Assembly: GCA_963822965.1 (NCBI GenBank)
Contig: CAWGJT010000012.1
Span: 416,001-480,000 of the forward strand
DNA length: 64,000 nucleotides
Source of the DNA: an uncultured delta proteobacterium
GTDB lineage: Bacteria > Myxococcota_A > UBA9160 > UBA4427
Reading direction: 5' to 3'
Part shown: positions 47,722 through 58,606 of the stretch, piece by piece
Position numbering within the stretch: position 1 is the stretch's first letter
Layout of the letters: each line of letters opens with the position of its first letter
Position numbers and translations under genes: made by a program
Notes under the pieces: generated by a model
Told to the model about the DNA's origin: nothing
Seen by the model: only the letters and a program-made list of their open reading frames with translations
Databases searched by the model: none

Positions 47722-49086
47722 TCAGGCGTCCGCCACCGGCTCGCGCATCGTGACGAACTCCTCCGCGGCGGTCGGATGGATGCCCACGGTGGCGTCGAAG
47801 TCGGCCTTGGTGGCCCCACGACGGATGGCCACCGCGAAGCCCTGGGTGATCTCGCCGGCGTCCGTACCCACCATGTGCAGGCCCAGCACCCGGTCGCTCT
47901 CCCGATCCACCACGAGCTTCATCATGGTGGTCTCGTCGGCGCCGGTCAGCGTGTGCTTGAGCGGCCGGAAGCGCGAGCGGTACACGTCGACCCGGGTGAA
48001 GCGGGCCCGCGCCTCCGCCTCGGTGAGGCCCACGGTCCCGACGGGAGGCTGGCTGAAGACCGCCTCGGGCACGTTCTCGTGCTCGGGCGCCGTGGGCTCG
48101 TCCTGATAGAGCGTCTTGACGAGGCACATGGCCTCGTGGATCGCCACGGGCGTGAGGGCCTTGCGATCCGTCGCGTCGCCCACCGCCCACACGCTCGGCA
48201 CCGAGGTGCGGGAGTACTTGTCGACCACGACGGCACCCCGGGCGTCGAGCTCGACGCCCACCGCTTCGAGGCCGAGGTTCGCCGTATTGGGAACCCGCCC
48301 GGTGGCGAAGAGGACCTGGTCGGCCTCTTCGACGCTGCCGTCGGTGAGGGTCGCCCGCAGCGCACCGCCGGGGGTCCGTTCGAGCGCGACGACATTGAGA
48401 TCGAAGCGCAGGTCGACGCCCTTCTTGCGGATCTCCTCCGCCAACACCTTGCGGACGTCGTCGTCGAAGCCGCGCAGGAAGAGCGGGCCGCGGTAGAGCT
48501 GCGTGACCCGGGAGCCGAGACCGTTCAGGATGCCCGCGAACTCGACGGCGATGAACCCGCCGCCGACGATCAGGATGCGTTCGGGCTGCGCGTCCAGGTG
48601 GAAGATCTCGTTGGACGTGATCGCGAGCTCGCGCCCCGGAACGTCCGGCACGTCCGGCCAGCCTCCCGTCGCGACGAGGACGTTCTCGCTCGTGACCACG
48701 CGGTCGCCGACTCGCACCTCGTGGGGGCCTTCGAGGGTGGCCCGCCCCCAGATGCGCTCCGCGCCCGACTGGTCGAGCAGGCGCGCGTAGACCCCGTTCA
48801 ACCGCTCGATCTCGGCGTCCTTCTTCGCCACGAAGGTGGACCAGTCGAACGAGCGCGGACCCAGCGTCCAGCCGTATCCATTGCCGGCGTCCTCGAAGTC
48901 CTCGGCGAAGTGCGAGGCATAGACGAGCAGCTTCTTGGGGATGCAGCCCACGTTCACGCAGGTGCCGCCGAGGTAGCGGTCCTCGGCGACGGCGACCCGC
49001 TTGCCCAGGGCCGCCGCCATGCGGGCCGCTCGCACGCCGCCGGAGCCGGCGCCGATCACGAAGAGGTCGAAGTCGTAGGCGGTCAT
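47722..49086 (-). CDS. gor: Glutathione reductase
   Basis: YDFDLFVIGAGSGGVRAAR, GGTCVNVGCIPKK, LTPVA, GIHPTAAEEFVTMR. Confidence 0.94.
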   Translation of the reverse strand: MTAYDFDLFVIGAGSGGVRAARMAAALGKRVAVAEDRYLGGTCVNVGCIPKKLLVYASHFAEDFEDAGNGYGWTLGPRSFDWSTFVAKKDAEIERLNGVYARLLDQSGAERIWGRATLEGPHEVRVGDRVVTSENVLVATGGWPDVPDVPGRELAITSNEIFHLDAQPERILIVGGGFIAVEFAGILNGLGSRVTQLYRGPLFLRGFDDDVRKVLAEEIRKKGVDLRFDLNVVALERTPGGALRATLTDGSVEEADQVLFATGRVPNTANLGLEAVGVELDARGAVVVDKYSRTSVPSVWAVGDATDRKALTPVAIHEAMCLVKTLYQDEPTAPEHENVPEAVFSQPPVGTVGLTEAEARARFTRVDVYRSRFRPLKHTLTGADETTMMKLVVDRESDRVLGLHMVGTDAGEITQGFAVAIRRGATKADFDATVGIHPTAAEEFVTMREPVADA

Positions 49087-49225
49087 CCTCTCTCCTGCTG
49101 CTCGTCCGGAGGTCGCGCCGGAGCCCGAGGATAGCCCTCCCCCGAAGGCCGCCGGCAACGCTCGGATGTCGCGGCAGCGCCCGCGTTTCTTGCGCCCGGG
49201 GATCCGGCGCGTGAAGCTCTCGCGC

Positions 49226-50125
49226 GTGGCCGACCCCGAACGCAGCAAGGTGCCTGCCCTCGTCGTCTCGGGCTTCCTCGGCTCGGGCAAGACCACCCTT
49301 GTCCGCCACCTGCTCGAGGCCGCACAGCGCAACGGCATCCGGGTGGCGGTGATCTCGAACGAGCTGGGCGAGCTGGGGATCGACAAGGCGCTGCTCGGCC
49401 GGGGCGGCGAGGCCTTCGTGGAGCTCGAGGGCGGGTGTGTGTGCTGCGAGCTGTCCGACGACCTGATCGAGACCCTCCAGCGGCTGCGCGAAGAGGTCGA
49501 TCCGGAGCGGATCGTCATCGAGACGTCCGGCGTGGCGCTGCCCTTCGACACCACCCTCAACTTCTGGCGCGAGCCCGTATCCGCCTGGATCGGCGACGAC
49601 ACGGCGATCGTGGTCGTGAACGCCGAGCAGCTGGCCGCCGGCCGGGACCTCGAAGGCACCTTCGCCGACCAGGTCTCCTCCGCCGACCTTCTGGTGCTCA
49701 ACAAGCTCGATCTCGTCCCCGAAGCCGACCACCGGGCCCTGGAGGAGAAGCTCCGGGCGATCGAGCCGGAGGCGCCCATCGTCACCTGCTGTCACGGGCG
49801 CGTGCCCGAATCCGTGCTGTTCCCGCCGGACCTGGGCGCCATCGACCGGGCGGGACCCGCGCCGGACGCCCCGTCCCACCACCACGAGCGCTTCCGGGCG
49901 AGCGAGTGGCGACCACCCGCGGGCATCGCGCCGGACGCGCTGGAGGCGGCCCTGCACATCCCGGGACTGCTGCGCGCCAAGGGCTGGGCACTGACCAGTC
50001 GCGGCCCGATGCTCGTCCAGGTGGTCGGACGCCGGATCGAGCAGACCCTCGAGGAGCCCCCCGATCCGGCGCTCCTCGGTCGCATCGTGCGCATCGTTCG
50101 GGTCGAGGAAGACGAGCCGTCGTAA
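49226..50125 (+). CDS. CobW/COG0523 family metallochaperone GTPase
   Basis: GFLGSGKTT, GCVCC, IETSG, NKLD, short His stretch; start approximate. Confidence 0.88.
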   Translation: MADPERSKVPALVVSGFLGSGKTTLVRHLLEAAQRNGIRVAVISNELGELGIDKALLGRGGEAFVELEGGCVCCELSDDLIETLQRLREEVDPERIVIETSGVALPFDTTLNFWREPVSAWIGDDTAIVVVNAEQLAAGRDLEGTFADQVSSADLLVLNKLDLVPEADHRALEEKLRAIEPEAPIVTCCHGRVPESVLFPPDLGAIDRAGPAPDAPSHHHERFRASEWRPPAGIAPDALEAALHIPGLLRAKGWALTSRGPMLVQVVGRRIEQTLEEPPDPALLGRIVRIVRVEEDEPS

Positions 50126-50132
50126 CGGATCG

Positions 50133-50783
50133 CTAGCGCCGGCTCTCCTCCCGGATGCGCTTCTTCGACGCCGCCCACGAGCAGATGGGACAGCTCGCGA
50201 GATCGTGCCCCCGGGCCGGACAGTGCTCGCGGCCGAAGTAGATGATCTGCAGGTGGAGCGCGTTCCAGCGCTCCTCGGGGAAGATCGCCTTCAGGTCGCG
50301 CTCGGTCCGGGCCACGCTGGAGCCGTTCGACAGGCCCCAGCGGGCCGCCAGCCGGTGGATGTGCGTGTCCACCGGAAAGGCGGGGATGCCGAACGCCTGG
50401 GCCATCACGACGCTCGCGGTCTTGTGGCCGACCCCCGGCAGCGCCTCCAGCTCCTCGAAGGTCTTGGGCACCTGCCCGCCGTGGCGCTCGACGAGGATCT
50501 GCGAGAGCTCCTTGATGGCCTTCGACTTCGCCGGAGAGAGACCGCAGGGGCGGATGATCCGGCGGATCTCCCGCACGTCGAGCCGTGCCATGTCCTGGGG
50601 GTTCGAGGCGCGGGCGAAGAGCACCGGTGTGATCTGGTTCACCTTCACGTCCGTGCACTGGGCCGAGAGCAGGACCGACACGAGCAGCGTGTACGGATCC
50701 CGATGATCGAGGGGGATCGGCGGCTGCGGATAGAGCCGGTCGAGGATCTCGGCGATCCGGGAGGCCTTCTCGGCGCGCGTCAT
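50133..50783 (-). CDS. nth: Endonuclease III
   Basis: LLSAQCTD, HhH LPGVGHKTA, PVDTHIHR, C-terminal Cys cluster. Confidence 0.95.
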   Translation of the reverse strand: MTRAEKASRIAEILDRLYPQPPIPLDHRDPYTLLVSVLLSAQCTDVKVNQITPVLFARASNPQDMARLDVREIRRIIRPCGLSPAKSKAIKELSQILVERHGGQVPKTFEELEALPGVGHKTASVVMAQAFGIPAFPVDTHIHRLAARWGLSNGSSVARTERDLKAIFPEERWNALHLQIIYFGREHCPARGHDLASCPICSWAASKKRIREESRR

Positions 50784-51208
50784 GGCCCGGCAGGATAGCC
50801 GCGAACCCCCGCGAGCCCCGGCGAGCCCCCTCGAAAAAGCGGAATGAACACGGGGATCGAGAAGCCGGAGAGGAACCGGAACCCGGCCCCCCGGCACTCC
50901 CTACCGCACCCCCTACCCACCGGTCCGCCACGGTCCGGACACACCGAGGTCTGTCTTCGATCATGGTCCCCCCCGAATTCCGCTACGAGCCGAAGTCCTC
51001 GACCGCATCCGCGAGGGTGACCCCCCGCAATTCCGGGCTACGCTCGGACCCGAGCGGATCGATTCCTGCCCCCGTCGTTGCCGCGAAGCGAGCGGAGACA
51101 CCAGCGCTGGCACGTGCCAGGCGAGCCCGGGAAGCGGCGAAGGCCGCACGCCTGGCGGCCGGCCCGATCGAACGAGAAGCCCAACCCGTGGAAAGCGAAG
51201 GTCCGCCG

Positions 51209-52094
51209 ATGTCCGTGCCCGACCCCGACCGCTTCGTCGCCAGCGGCATGAGCGACATCGGACAGGTGCGCGAGGTCAACCAGGACTACTGCGGCGAGTT
51301 CGAGGATGCGTCCGCGCGACGGCGCCTCTTCATCGTCGCCGACGGCATGGGCGGGCATCGCGGCGGCGAGGTGGCCAGCCGACTGGCCGTCGAAGCCACC
51401 GCCGAGGTGTTCAAGTCCGGCGGCGACGACGCGGTGACGCTGCTGCGGTCCGCGCTCGAGGCGGCCAACGAGCACGTGTTCCGCGCCTCCCAGGAGGACA
51501 TGGACCTCGCCGGCATGGGCACCACCGGCGTGTGCCTGCTCTTCGAGAGCGACGGGCGGGCGTGGGTGGCCCACGTCGGAGACAGCCGCGCCTACCGCTT
51601 GCGGGGCGACCGCTTCGAGCAGATCACCGACGACCACTCGGTGGTGGGCGCGCTGATCCGCATGGGTCACATCACCGAGGAAGAGGCGAAGCTCCACCCC
51701 CAGCGGAACGAGATCCTGCGCGCCATCGGCACCAACGAGGACGTCGAGGTGCAGATCACCGCCCTCGAGGTCGAGCCCGGGGACAAGTACCTGCTGTGCT
51801 CCGACGGTCTCTCGGGACTGGTGCCCGCCGAGGAGATGGCCGCGGTGCTCGCCCGGGAGGAGCCGGAGAACGCCGTGCGAACCCTGGTGCAGATGGCGAA
51901 CCTCGAGGGCGGGAACGACAACATCACCGTGCAGGTGGTGATGGTTCCCGGAGAGGCCGCAGCCCCGGAAGGCCCGCACCACCGACGTGATCGTGACGCC
52001 CGTCCTGTCCCCCGCATCCGGCCCGCCGCGCTGGATCTGGGCGGCGGGCCTCGCACTGCTCGCCGCGCTCGCGTGGCTGCTCTTCGCGCGCTGA
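51209..52094 (+). CDS. PP2C-family Ser/Thr phosphatase with C-terminal TM anchor (frameshift near 51975)
   Basis: [45 protein letters not shown]; shifted frame gives [20 protein letters not shown]. Confidence 0.9.
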
Positions 52095-52110
52095 TCCGCG
52101 CGAGACCGCC

Positions 52111-54689
52111 ATGGCGCCGTCCGGCGACGCCCGGGTCGCCTCGCACCCGCGCCTGATCGACCGGGTGCCCCTGGGCGCGCTGGCGTCCCCGGACGCGATC
52201 CTCGACCGCTTCCTGCGCTGGGTGACCGACCAGGGCCTCGAGCCCTATCCCGCCCAGGAGGAGGCGCTCCTCGAGCTGATGACGGGACACCACGTGGTGC
52301 TCTCCACGCCCACCGGGTCCGGCAAGTCGCTCGTCGCCCTCGGCCTCCACTTCAAGGCGCTGTGCGAGGGGGAGCGTTCGTTCTACACGGCGCCCATCAA
52401 GGCGCTCGCGAGCGAGAAGTTCTTCGAGCTGTGCGGGCACTTCGGTCCCGAGAACGTGGGCATGCTGACCGGCGACGCGAGCATCAACCCGGGCGCGCCC
52501 GTCATCTGCTGCACCGCCGAGGTGCTGGCGAACATGGCGGTGCAGCCGGGGGCAGCAGACCGACGCGCCCTACGTGGTGATGGACGAGTTCCACTACTAC
52601 GACGACGCCCAGCGCGGGGTGGCCTGGCAGATTCCGCTGATCGTCCTGCGCAAGAGCCTCTTCCTGCTGCTCTCGGCCACCCTCGGCAACACGGCGCCCA
52701 TCGAGGAGCGCCTCGGCGCGCCGCAGCGGGCGCCCGGTCACCCAGGTCCACGGCGGCGAGCGGCCCGTGCCCCTGGACTTCGAGTACGCGGAGACCCCGC
52801 TGCACGAGACCATCGAGCGCCTGCTCGCGGGCGGGCGCGCCCCCGTCTACGTGGTGCACTTCACCCAGCGCGAGGCCGCCGAGCAGGCCCAGGCGCTCAC
52901 CAGCGCCCGGGTGAGCGACCGCGAGTCCCGGCAGGCGATCGCCGCCGCCGATCGGCGGCTTCCGCTTCGACACCCCCTACGGGTCCACGGTGAAGCGCCT
53001 GCTCTCCCACGGCATCGGCCTGCACCACGCGGGCCTGCTGCCGCGCTACCGGCGGCTCGTCGAGCGGCTCGCCCAGCAGGGCCTGCTGCGCGTCATCTGC
53101 GGCACCGACACCCTGGGCGTGGGGGTGAACGTCCCGATCCGCACGGTGCTCTTCACGCGCCTGTGCGAAGTTCGACGGCGAGAAGACGGCGCTGCTCTCG
53201 GTGCGCGAGTTCCAGCAGATCGCCGGCCGCGCCGGGCGCCGGGGCTTCGACACCGCTGGGCAGCGTCGTCGCCCAGGCCCCGGAGTGGGTGATCGAGAAC
53301 CGGCGCCTCGAGGCGAAGGCCGCGGGCGCCTCGGGCCGGCGCCGGAAGATCGTCAAGAAGAAGGCGCCCGAGGGCATGCCCGCCTGGACGCAGACGACCT
53401 TCGAGGAGCTCGTCCGGCGCCCGCCCGAGATGCTGCGCTCGCGCTTCGGCCTCGACCACGGCCTCGTCGTGGGCTGCCTCCAGAGCGAGCTGGCGAAGGC
53501 TGCGCCGGGCGCCGGCTACCGGGAGCTGCTCGATCTCATCGCGCACTGCCACGAGGACGAGCCGCGCAAGCGCGAGCTGCGGCGCGAGGCCGCCGCCCTC
53601 TTCCGCTCGCTCCGCCGCGCGGAGATCGTCGAGGTCGTCCGCGGCGCGGCGGGCGGCCCGGCGACGGTCCGCGTCAGCGCGGCCCTGCAGCGCGACTTCT
53701 CGCTCCACGAGACGCTGGCGGTCTACCTGCTCGACGCGGTGGCCGCCCTCGACCCGGACGCCCCGGGCTACGCGCTCGACCTGCTCTGACCGCCGTCGAG
53801 TCGATCCTCGAGGATCCCCGGCCCATCCTCTACGCCCAGCAGCGCCTGGAGCGCGACCGGGTGGCCGCGGAGCTGAAGGCCCAGGGCGTTCCCTACGAGG
53901 AGCGGCGGGAGAAGATCGAGCGCGTCGGCTGGCCCCGGCCCAACGCGGAGTTCGCCTGGGAGACCTTCCGTCTCTTCGCCCTGCACCATCCCTGGGTGAA
54001 GAGCGAGGCCATCCGACCCAAGTCCGTCGCCCGGCAGATGTTCGAGACGTACACCGCCTTCGACGACTACGTGAAGCGATGCGGGATCGCGCGCGTCGAA
54101 GGACTGCTGCTCCGCTACCTGAGCCAGGTGCTCGACACGCTGGCCCGCTCGGTGCCCGAGGCCGCGCGCGACGACGACGTCTACGACGTCATCGGCTACC
54201 TGCGCACCCTGGTGGCGGGCGTGGACTCGAGCCTGCTGCAGGAGTGGGAGACCCTCGTCGATCCGGGCGCCGCCACCGAGCCGGCGCCGGAGGCCCACCC
54301 GCCGCGCCGACCCGCCCCCGATCCCCGGCTCTTCCGGGCCCGGGTGCGGGCCGAAATGCGCGAGCTCGTGCGCGAGCTGGCCGCCGGCCGCTACGAAGAC
54401 GCGGCCCGGCGCGTGCGCCCCATGCCCGGGCGACGCCTGGGACGCCGCTCGATTCGAGGCCGCCCTGGCCCCCTTCTTCGAGGACTACGAGCGCATCCGC
54501 TTCGACCCTCCGGCGCGCCAGGCCCACTGGACCCGGATCGACGAGCGCGAGCCCGGCCGCTTCGAGGTGCGCCAGGTGCTGCTCGACGAGCAGGACGACA
54601 ACCTCTGGCACGTGGAGGGCGAGGTGGACCTGCGCGAGCCCCTGCCCCCCGACGCACCCTGGGTGGCGATCCGCCGGATCGGCCCCTGA
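52111..54689 (+). CDS. Ski2-like DEAD/DEAH helicase with DUF3516-type C-terminus (multiple frameshifts)
   Basis: [74 protein letters not shown] spread across frames. Confidence 0.88.
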
Positions 54690-54760
54690 GAACCCGGCCG
54701 GCCTCCCCGCGCCGGCGCGATTCCAGGCGGGCGCGGCGCCGACTCCGCGTATACTGGGCA

Positions 54761-55014
54761 GCGCAACGGGTGCCCGGCGAGTGCCGGGCGAAGAGGGAAG
54801 TGTGGTGCCCGTGCGGCCGGGGCGAGCCAGCCCGGGGCACGGAATTCCACCGCGGACGCGCCGCCGTAATGGGTCGGCGGGCTGTGCGAGCAGCCCCGCA
54901 GCTTCCGGTCGAGAGCCACTGCAAGCGCGGTCCCGGACGCCGGACGCCGGGGATCGCGCGAAGCGGGAAGGTGACCGGAAGCGGATCCTGAGCCGGAAGA
55001 CCTGCCCGTCGCGA
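54761..55014 (+). ncRNA. Cobalamin (B12) riboswitch
   Basis: P1 CGCAACGGG/CCCGTCGCG; AAGAGGGAA, GCCACTG, GGGAAGG, GAGCCGGAAGACCTGCC (B12 box); TATACT at 54750. Confidence 0.9.
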
Positions 55015-55174
55015 GCAGTACGAGCGTCCTCGCGAACCGGGACCTCTCGGCAAGCCGTCGGTAAGACCCGCGACGAATCCGCTTCCGAGCCTCCTGCGGG
55101 GACGCTCGCTCACCCGGGTCGGCATCCCGCGACTGGATGCCCGGGCGCACGCCCGAATCGGAGCGAGTAGAGCC

Positions 55175-55759
55175 ATGAGTAGAGCCATGCGGAAGCGACG
55201 GATCGACGAACACACGCGTGCGACCCGGACGAGCGGAATCGTCCGGGCGATCGCCGGGGCGGCCCTGGCCCTGCTGCTGGCGACCCCGGCCGGGGCGCTG
55301 CCCATCGAGGCCAGCGCCGGAAGCGGCCCCGACCTCGCGACGGTGGTGCTCGAGTTCCAGGACGGGGCGGGGTACGCCTTCGAGGTGGCCTTCGACGACG
55401 CGGTGGCGACGTCGGGGATCGACATCCTGCAGGTGCTCGAGAGCGAGATCGCGAGCTTCTCGGTGACGGTCGTCGACTTCGGCTTCGGGCTCTTCGTCGA
55501 CGGCATCGCCTACGACGGGCACAGCGACGGCGGCTTCGGCGGCGGCGACCTCTTCTGGCACTACTGGACGAAGGAGTCCGCCGCGGAGGCCTGGCTGGAG
55601 TCCTCCGTCGGCGCGGCCGGCCGGGTGGTGCTGGACGGCGCCTGGGACGGCTGGCGCTTCGGCGCCGGGGCGCCGGTGCCCGAGCCCGGCACGGGAGTGC
55701 TGGTGGCCGTCGGGCTGGTGGCCCTGGCCCGGCGGCGGGCGGCCGACCGCCGCGGCTGA
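55175..55759 (+). CDS. Riboswitch-preceded PEP-CTERM protein, DUF4430/transcobalamin-like domain suspected
   Basis: Signal peptide ending AGA; FGLFVDGI...FWHYW...SSVGA...LDGAWDGWRF; VPEP + TM + RRR; alternative start 55187. Confidence 0.8.
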   Translation: MSRAMRKRRIDEHTRATRTSGIVRAIAGAALALLLATPAGALPIEASAGSGPDLATVVLEFQDGAGYAFEVAFDDAVATSGIDILQVLESEIASFSVTVVDFGFGLFVDGIAYDGHSDGGFGGGDLFWHYWTKESAAEAWLESSVGAAGRVVLDGAWDGWRFGAGAPVPEPGTGVLVAVGLVALARRRAADRRG

Positions 55760-55779
55760 CCCCCGAGCGGGACGCGTCG

Positions 55780-55810
55780 GAGCCCGGGGCGGCGTCGCCG
55801 CCCCGGGCTC
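55780..55810. terminator. Near-perfect 31-nt palindrome between convergent genes
   Basis: GAGCCCGGGGCGGCG-T-CGCCGCCCCGGGCTC. Confidence 0.55.
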
Positions 55811-56722
55811 TCACGCCTTCTCTTTCGGCCCCCCCTCGGCGGGCTCCGCGTAGCGCGCAGACTCGGCGTCGTAGTCCGGGAAGCCCACCACCTCGCGCAG
55901 CGCCGCGAACGGGAGCAGACCCTCCGGCGTGCGTCCGTCGGCCAGCGCCCGAAGGGCCTCCTGCATGGCGCGGGTGGCCGCCGACAGCAGCGTGAGCGGA
56001 TAGGCGGCGATCTGGTAGCCCAGCGCCTCGAGGCGCGCCGGCGGCAGCAGCGGGGTGTCCCCGTCCTCGACCAGGTTCGCCATCTTCGCGCCCGGCAGCT
56101 CGCGACACACGGTCGCCATCTCGTCCTCGCTGCGCGGCGCCTCGAGGAACAGGATGTCGGCGCCCAGGTCGTGGAAGAGACGACAGCGCTCGAGGGCCTC
56201 GTCGAGCCCGTGGGTGGCGCGGGCGTCGGTGCGGGCCATCACCAGGATGTCGCCGCCGTGCTCCTCGCGCGCGTCCACCGCGGCCCGGATGCGGCGGGCC
56301 GCCTCGGCGCGCGAGACCACCTGCTTGCCGCGGGTGTGGCCGCAGCGCTTGGGGGCGAGCTGGTCCTCGATCATCGCGCACGCGAAGCCCGCGGACGCGT
56401 AGCCGCGCACGCTGCGCTTCACGTTCAGGGCGTTGCCGTAGCCCGTGTCGGCGTCGCCGATCACGGGGATCGACACCGCCTGGCAGATGTTGCGACCCTG
56501 GTCGAGCATCTCGCCGTACGAGATGAGCCCGGTGTCGGGCAGCCCCAGGCGCGCGGCCGAGACCGCGAAGCCGCTCATGAACGTGAGCGGGAAGCCCGCC
56601 CGCTCGATGAGCCGCGCCGAGTGGGCGTCGAAGCAGCAGGGCATCACGTGCAGCCCGGGCTCCTGCAGGAGGGCGCGCAGGCGCTCGGCCGGCGTCCGGG
56701 CATCGCGGCTGGCGTCGTTCAT
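55811..56722 (-). CDS. Isocitrate lyase/PEP mutase family enzyme
   Basis: SGFAVSAARLGLPD, DADTGYG, IEDQ..PKRCGH, ARTDA, FLEAP. Confidence 0.9.
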   Translation of the reverse strand: MNDASRDARTPAERLRALLQEPGLHVMPCCFDAHSARLIERAGFPLTFMSGFAVSAARLGLPDTGLISYGEMLDQGRNICQAVSIPVIGDADTGYGNALNVKRSVRGYASAGFACAMIEDQLAPKRCGHTRGKQVVSRAEAARRIRAAVDAREEHGGDILVMARTDARATHGLDEALERCRLFHDLGADILFLEAPRSEDEMATVCRELPGAKMANLVEDGDTPLLPPARLEALGYQIAAYPLTLLSAATRAMQEALRALADGRTPEGLLPFAALREVVGFPDYDAESARYAEPAEGGPKEKA

Positions 56723-57357
56723 GGCTCGGCGATCGCTCCTTCCGGCAGCACGGTGCGGGGCAGCTCCTGCTCCACCCGCTGGCCGTCGCGCTTCACGATC
56801 CGCGCCGGCACGCCCACCACGGTGGTGTTCGCCGGCACGTCGCGCATGTGGATGAAGGCGCCCGCGCCGATCTTGGCCCCCGACCCGACGGTGATGGGCC
56901 CGAGCAGGGTGGCGCCGGTGCCGACGAAGACGTCGTCTCCGAGGGTCGGATGTCGCTTGCCCGCGTGCTTGCCGGTGCCGCCCAGGGTGACGTTGTGGAA
57001 GAGCACGCAGTCGTCGCCGATCACCGCCGTCTCCCCGATCACCACGCCCGAGCCGTGGTCGATGAAGAAGCGGCGCCCGATGCGCGCCCCCGGGTGGATC
57101 TCCACCCCCGTCATGAAGTGGGAGAGCACCGACAGGAAGCGGGGCACGAGCGGTACCCCCCGCACGTGGAGCCAGTGGGCGACGCGGTAGATCGCGACCG
57201 CGTGCAGCGGCTGGTGGAAGAGCAGCGTCTCGAGCGGGCTCCGGGCCGCCGGATCGTTCTCGAGCACCGCGGCGAGGTCTTCCCGGAACGTGCGCAGCAA
57301 GGGGCCTCCTGCGGTCGGCCCGCGACGGGAGCGCGACGGGCGCCGAGGGCGCGGCAC
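56719..57357 (-). CDS. cysE: Serine O-acetyltransferase (start may be near 57300)
   Basis: NDPAARS, TGVEIHPGARIG, FIDHGSGVVIGETA, VTLGGTGK, RHPT, VVGVPAR. Confidence 0.9.
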   Translation of the reverse strand: MPRPRRPSRSRRGPTAGGPLLRTFREDLAAVLENDPAARSPLETLLFHQPLHAVAIYRVAHWLHVRGVPLVPRFLSVLSHFMTGVEIHPGARIGRRFFIDHGSGVVIGETAVIGDDCVLFHNVTLGGTGKHAGKRHPTLGDDVFVGTGATLLGPITVGSGAKIGAGAFIHMRDVPANTTVVGVPARIVKRDGQRVEQELPRTVLPEGAIAEP

Positions 57358-57428
57358 AGCTTACCCGCTGCGCCCGGCCGCGCACCCGCAGCTTCGCCGG
57401 AAGCCGGGCGCGTGATAGCCTCCGCGGC

Positions 57429-58538
57429 GTGCGGCATCCGACGGTCCGCAAGCTCCTGGTCGCGCTCGCCGCAGCCCTGCTGCCCTTCGGGCTGCTCGAG
57501 GCGGGGGCCCGCATCTGGCTGCCGCCCGCCCCCGCGAACGACTTCCCGGGTCTGTCCCCGGACGAGATGGAGGACGCAGAGCTCCTGTGGCGGCTGCGTC
57601 CCGGCGCGCCGGAGAGCGAGCAGGGGGGCCCCGTCGACTCCCACGGCTTCCGGGGCCCGGAGCTTCCTCTCGAGAAGCAGCCGGGCGAGATCCGCATCCT
57701 CTCCCTGGGCGAGTCGAGCACCTACGGTGCGAAGGTGGCGTGGTCCGACACCTACTCGCACCGCCTGGAGGAGATCCTGCGCGCGCGGGGCCAGCCGGTC
57801 CGGGTCATCAACGCGGGCGTGCGGGCGTGGTCGACGGTGCAGTCCGCCCGCTTCCTCGACCTGCACGCGGACGAGCTCGAGCCCGACGTGGTGCTCGTCT
57901 ACCAGGAGGTGAACGACTTCCTGCCCACCACGTTCCGGGGGCTCGCGCTTCCCGGCGCCGGGCTCACGGATCGCGAGATGATGGACTGGACCGCGCGCCG
58001 GGCACCCGTGCGGGCGCTGGTCCGCAGCTCGCGACTGCTCACGGCCCTGAGCCTCGCCCTGGCCCGCGCCCGGGCCGATGCCAGCCTGCGCGCCGTGGCG
58101 GAGGAGAGCGACCGCGACCTGCTCTTCGCCCGGGCCCTGCCCTACGAGGCCGTCCGCGGCGCCCCACCCGGCGAGCGGCCCTGGATGGCGAACCCGAACG
58201 CGCTCGTGCGGGTGCCGGATCCGGACCGCGAGGCGGCACTGGCCGAGCTGCTCGCGGCCACCCGGCGGGCCGGCGCGCGGCTCGTCCTGCTGCACCCCGC
58301 CTACCCGGTGAGCGTGCCCCACCGCTGTCTCCAGACCCGCTTCGCCCGGGAGCACGGGGTGCCCCTGCTCGAGATCGAGGACGTGCTCGCACGGGCCGCC
58401 GCGGCAGACGGCGTCTCGCGAGGCGACTTCTTCGTCCCGGACGACGACTACCATCCCAACGAGCGGGGGCACGCCGTCATCGCGCGGGCCGTCGCCGACT
58501 TCCTGCAGGCGAACGGGCTGCTCGCCGCGACGGACTGA
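57429..58538 (+). CDS. SGNH/GDSL hydrolase-like protein
   Basis: N-terminal TM, GFRG, LGESSTYG, INAGV, DYHPNERGH. Confidence 0.8.
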   Translation: MRHPTVRKLLVALAAALLPFGLLEAGARIWLPPAPANDFPGLSPDEMEDAELLWRLRPGAPESEQGGPVDSHGFRGPELPLEKQPGEIRILSLGESSTYGAKVAWSDTYSHRLEEILRARGQPVRVINAGVRAWSTVQSARFLDLHADELEPDVVLVYQEVNDFLPTTFRGLALPGAGLTDREMMDWTARRAPVRALVRSSRLLTALSLALARARADASLRAVAEESDRDLLFARALPYEAVRGAPPGERPWMANPNALVRVPDPDREAALAELLAATRRAGARLVLLHPAYPVSVPHRCLQTRFAREHGVPLLEIEDVLARAAAADGVSRGDFFVPDDDYHPNERGHAVIARAVADFLQANGLLAATD

Positions 58539-58606
58539 GCTGCCCGCAACCGCTGGCGCCTGTGATATCAAGACGAGCCCATGCCCCTGGCCCGGAGCCC
58601 CCAGCC

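Noticed and set aside
52111..54689. Helicase as a true pseudogene or programmed frameshifting
   Set aside because: All helicase motifs are intact and I saw no slippery-site pattern; scattered 1-nt indels in other, likely important genes point to sequencing error.
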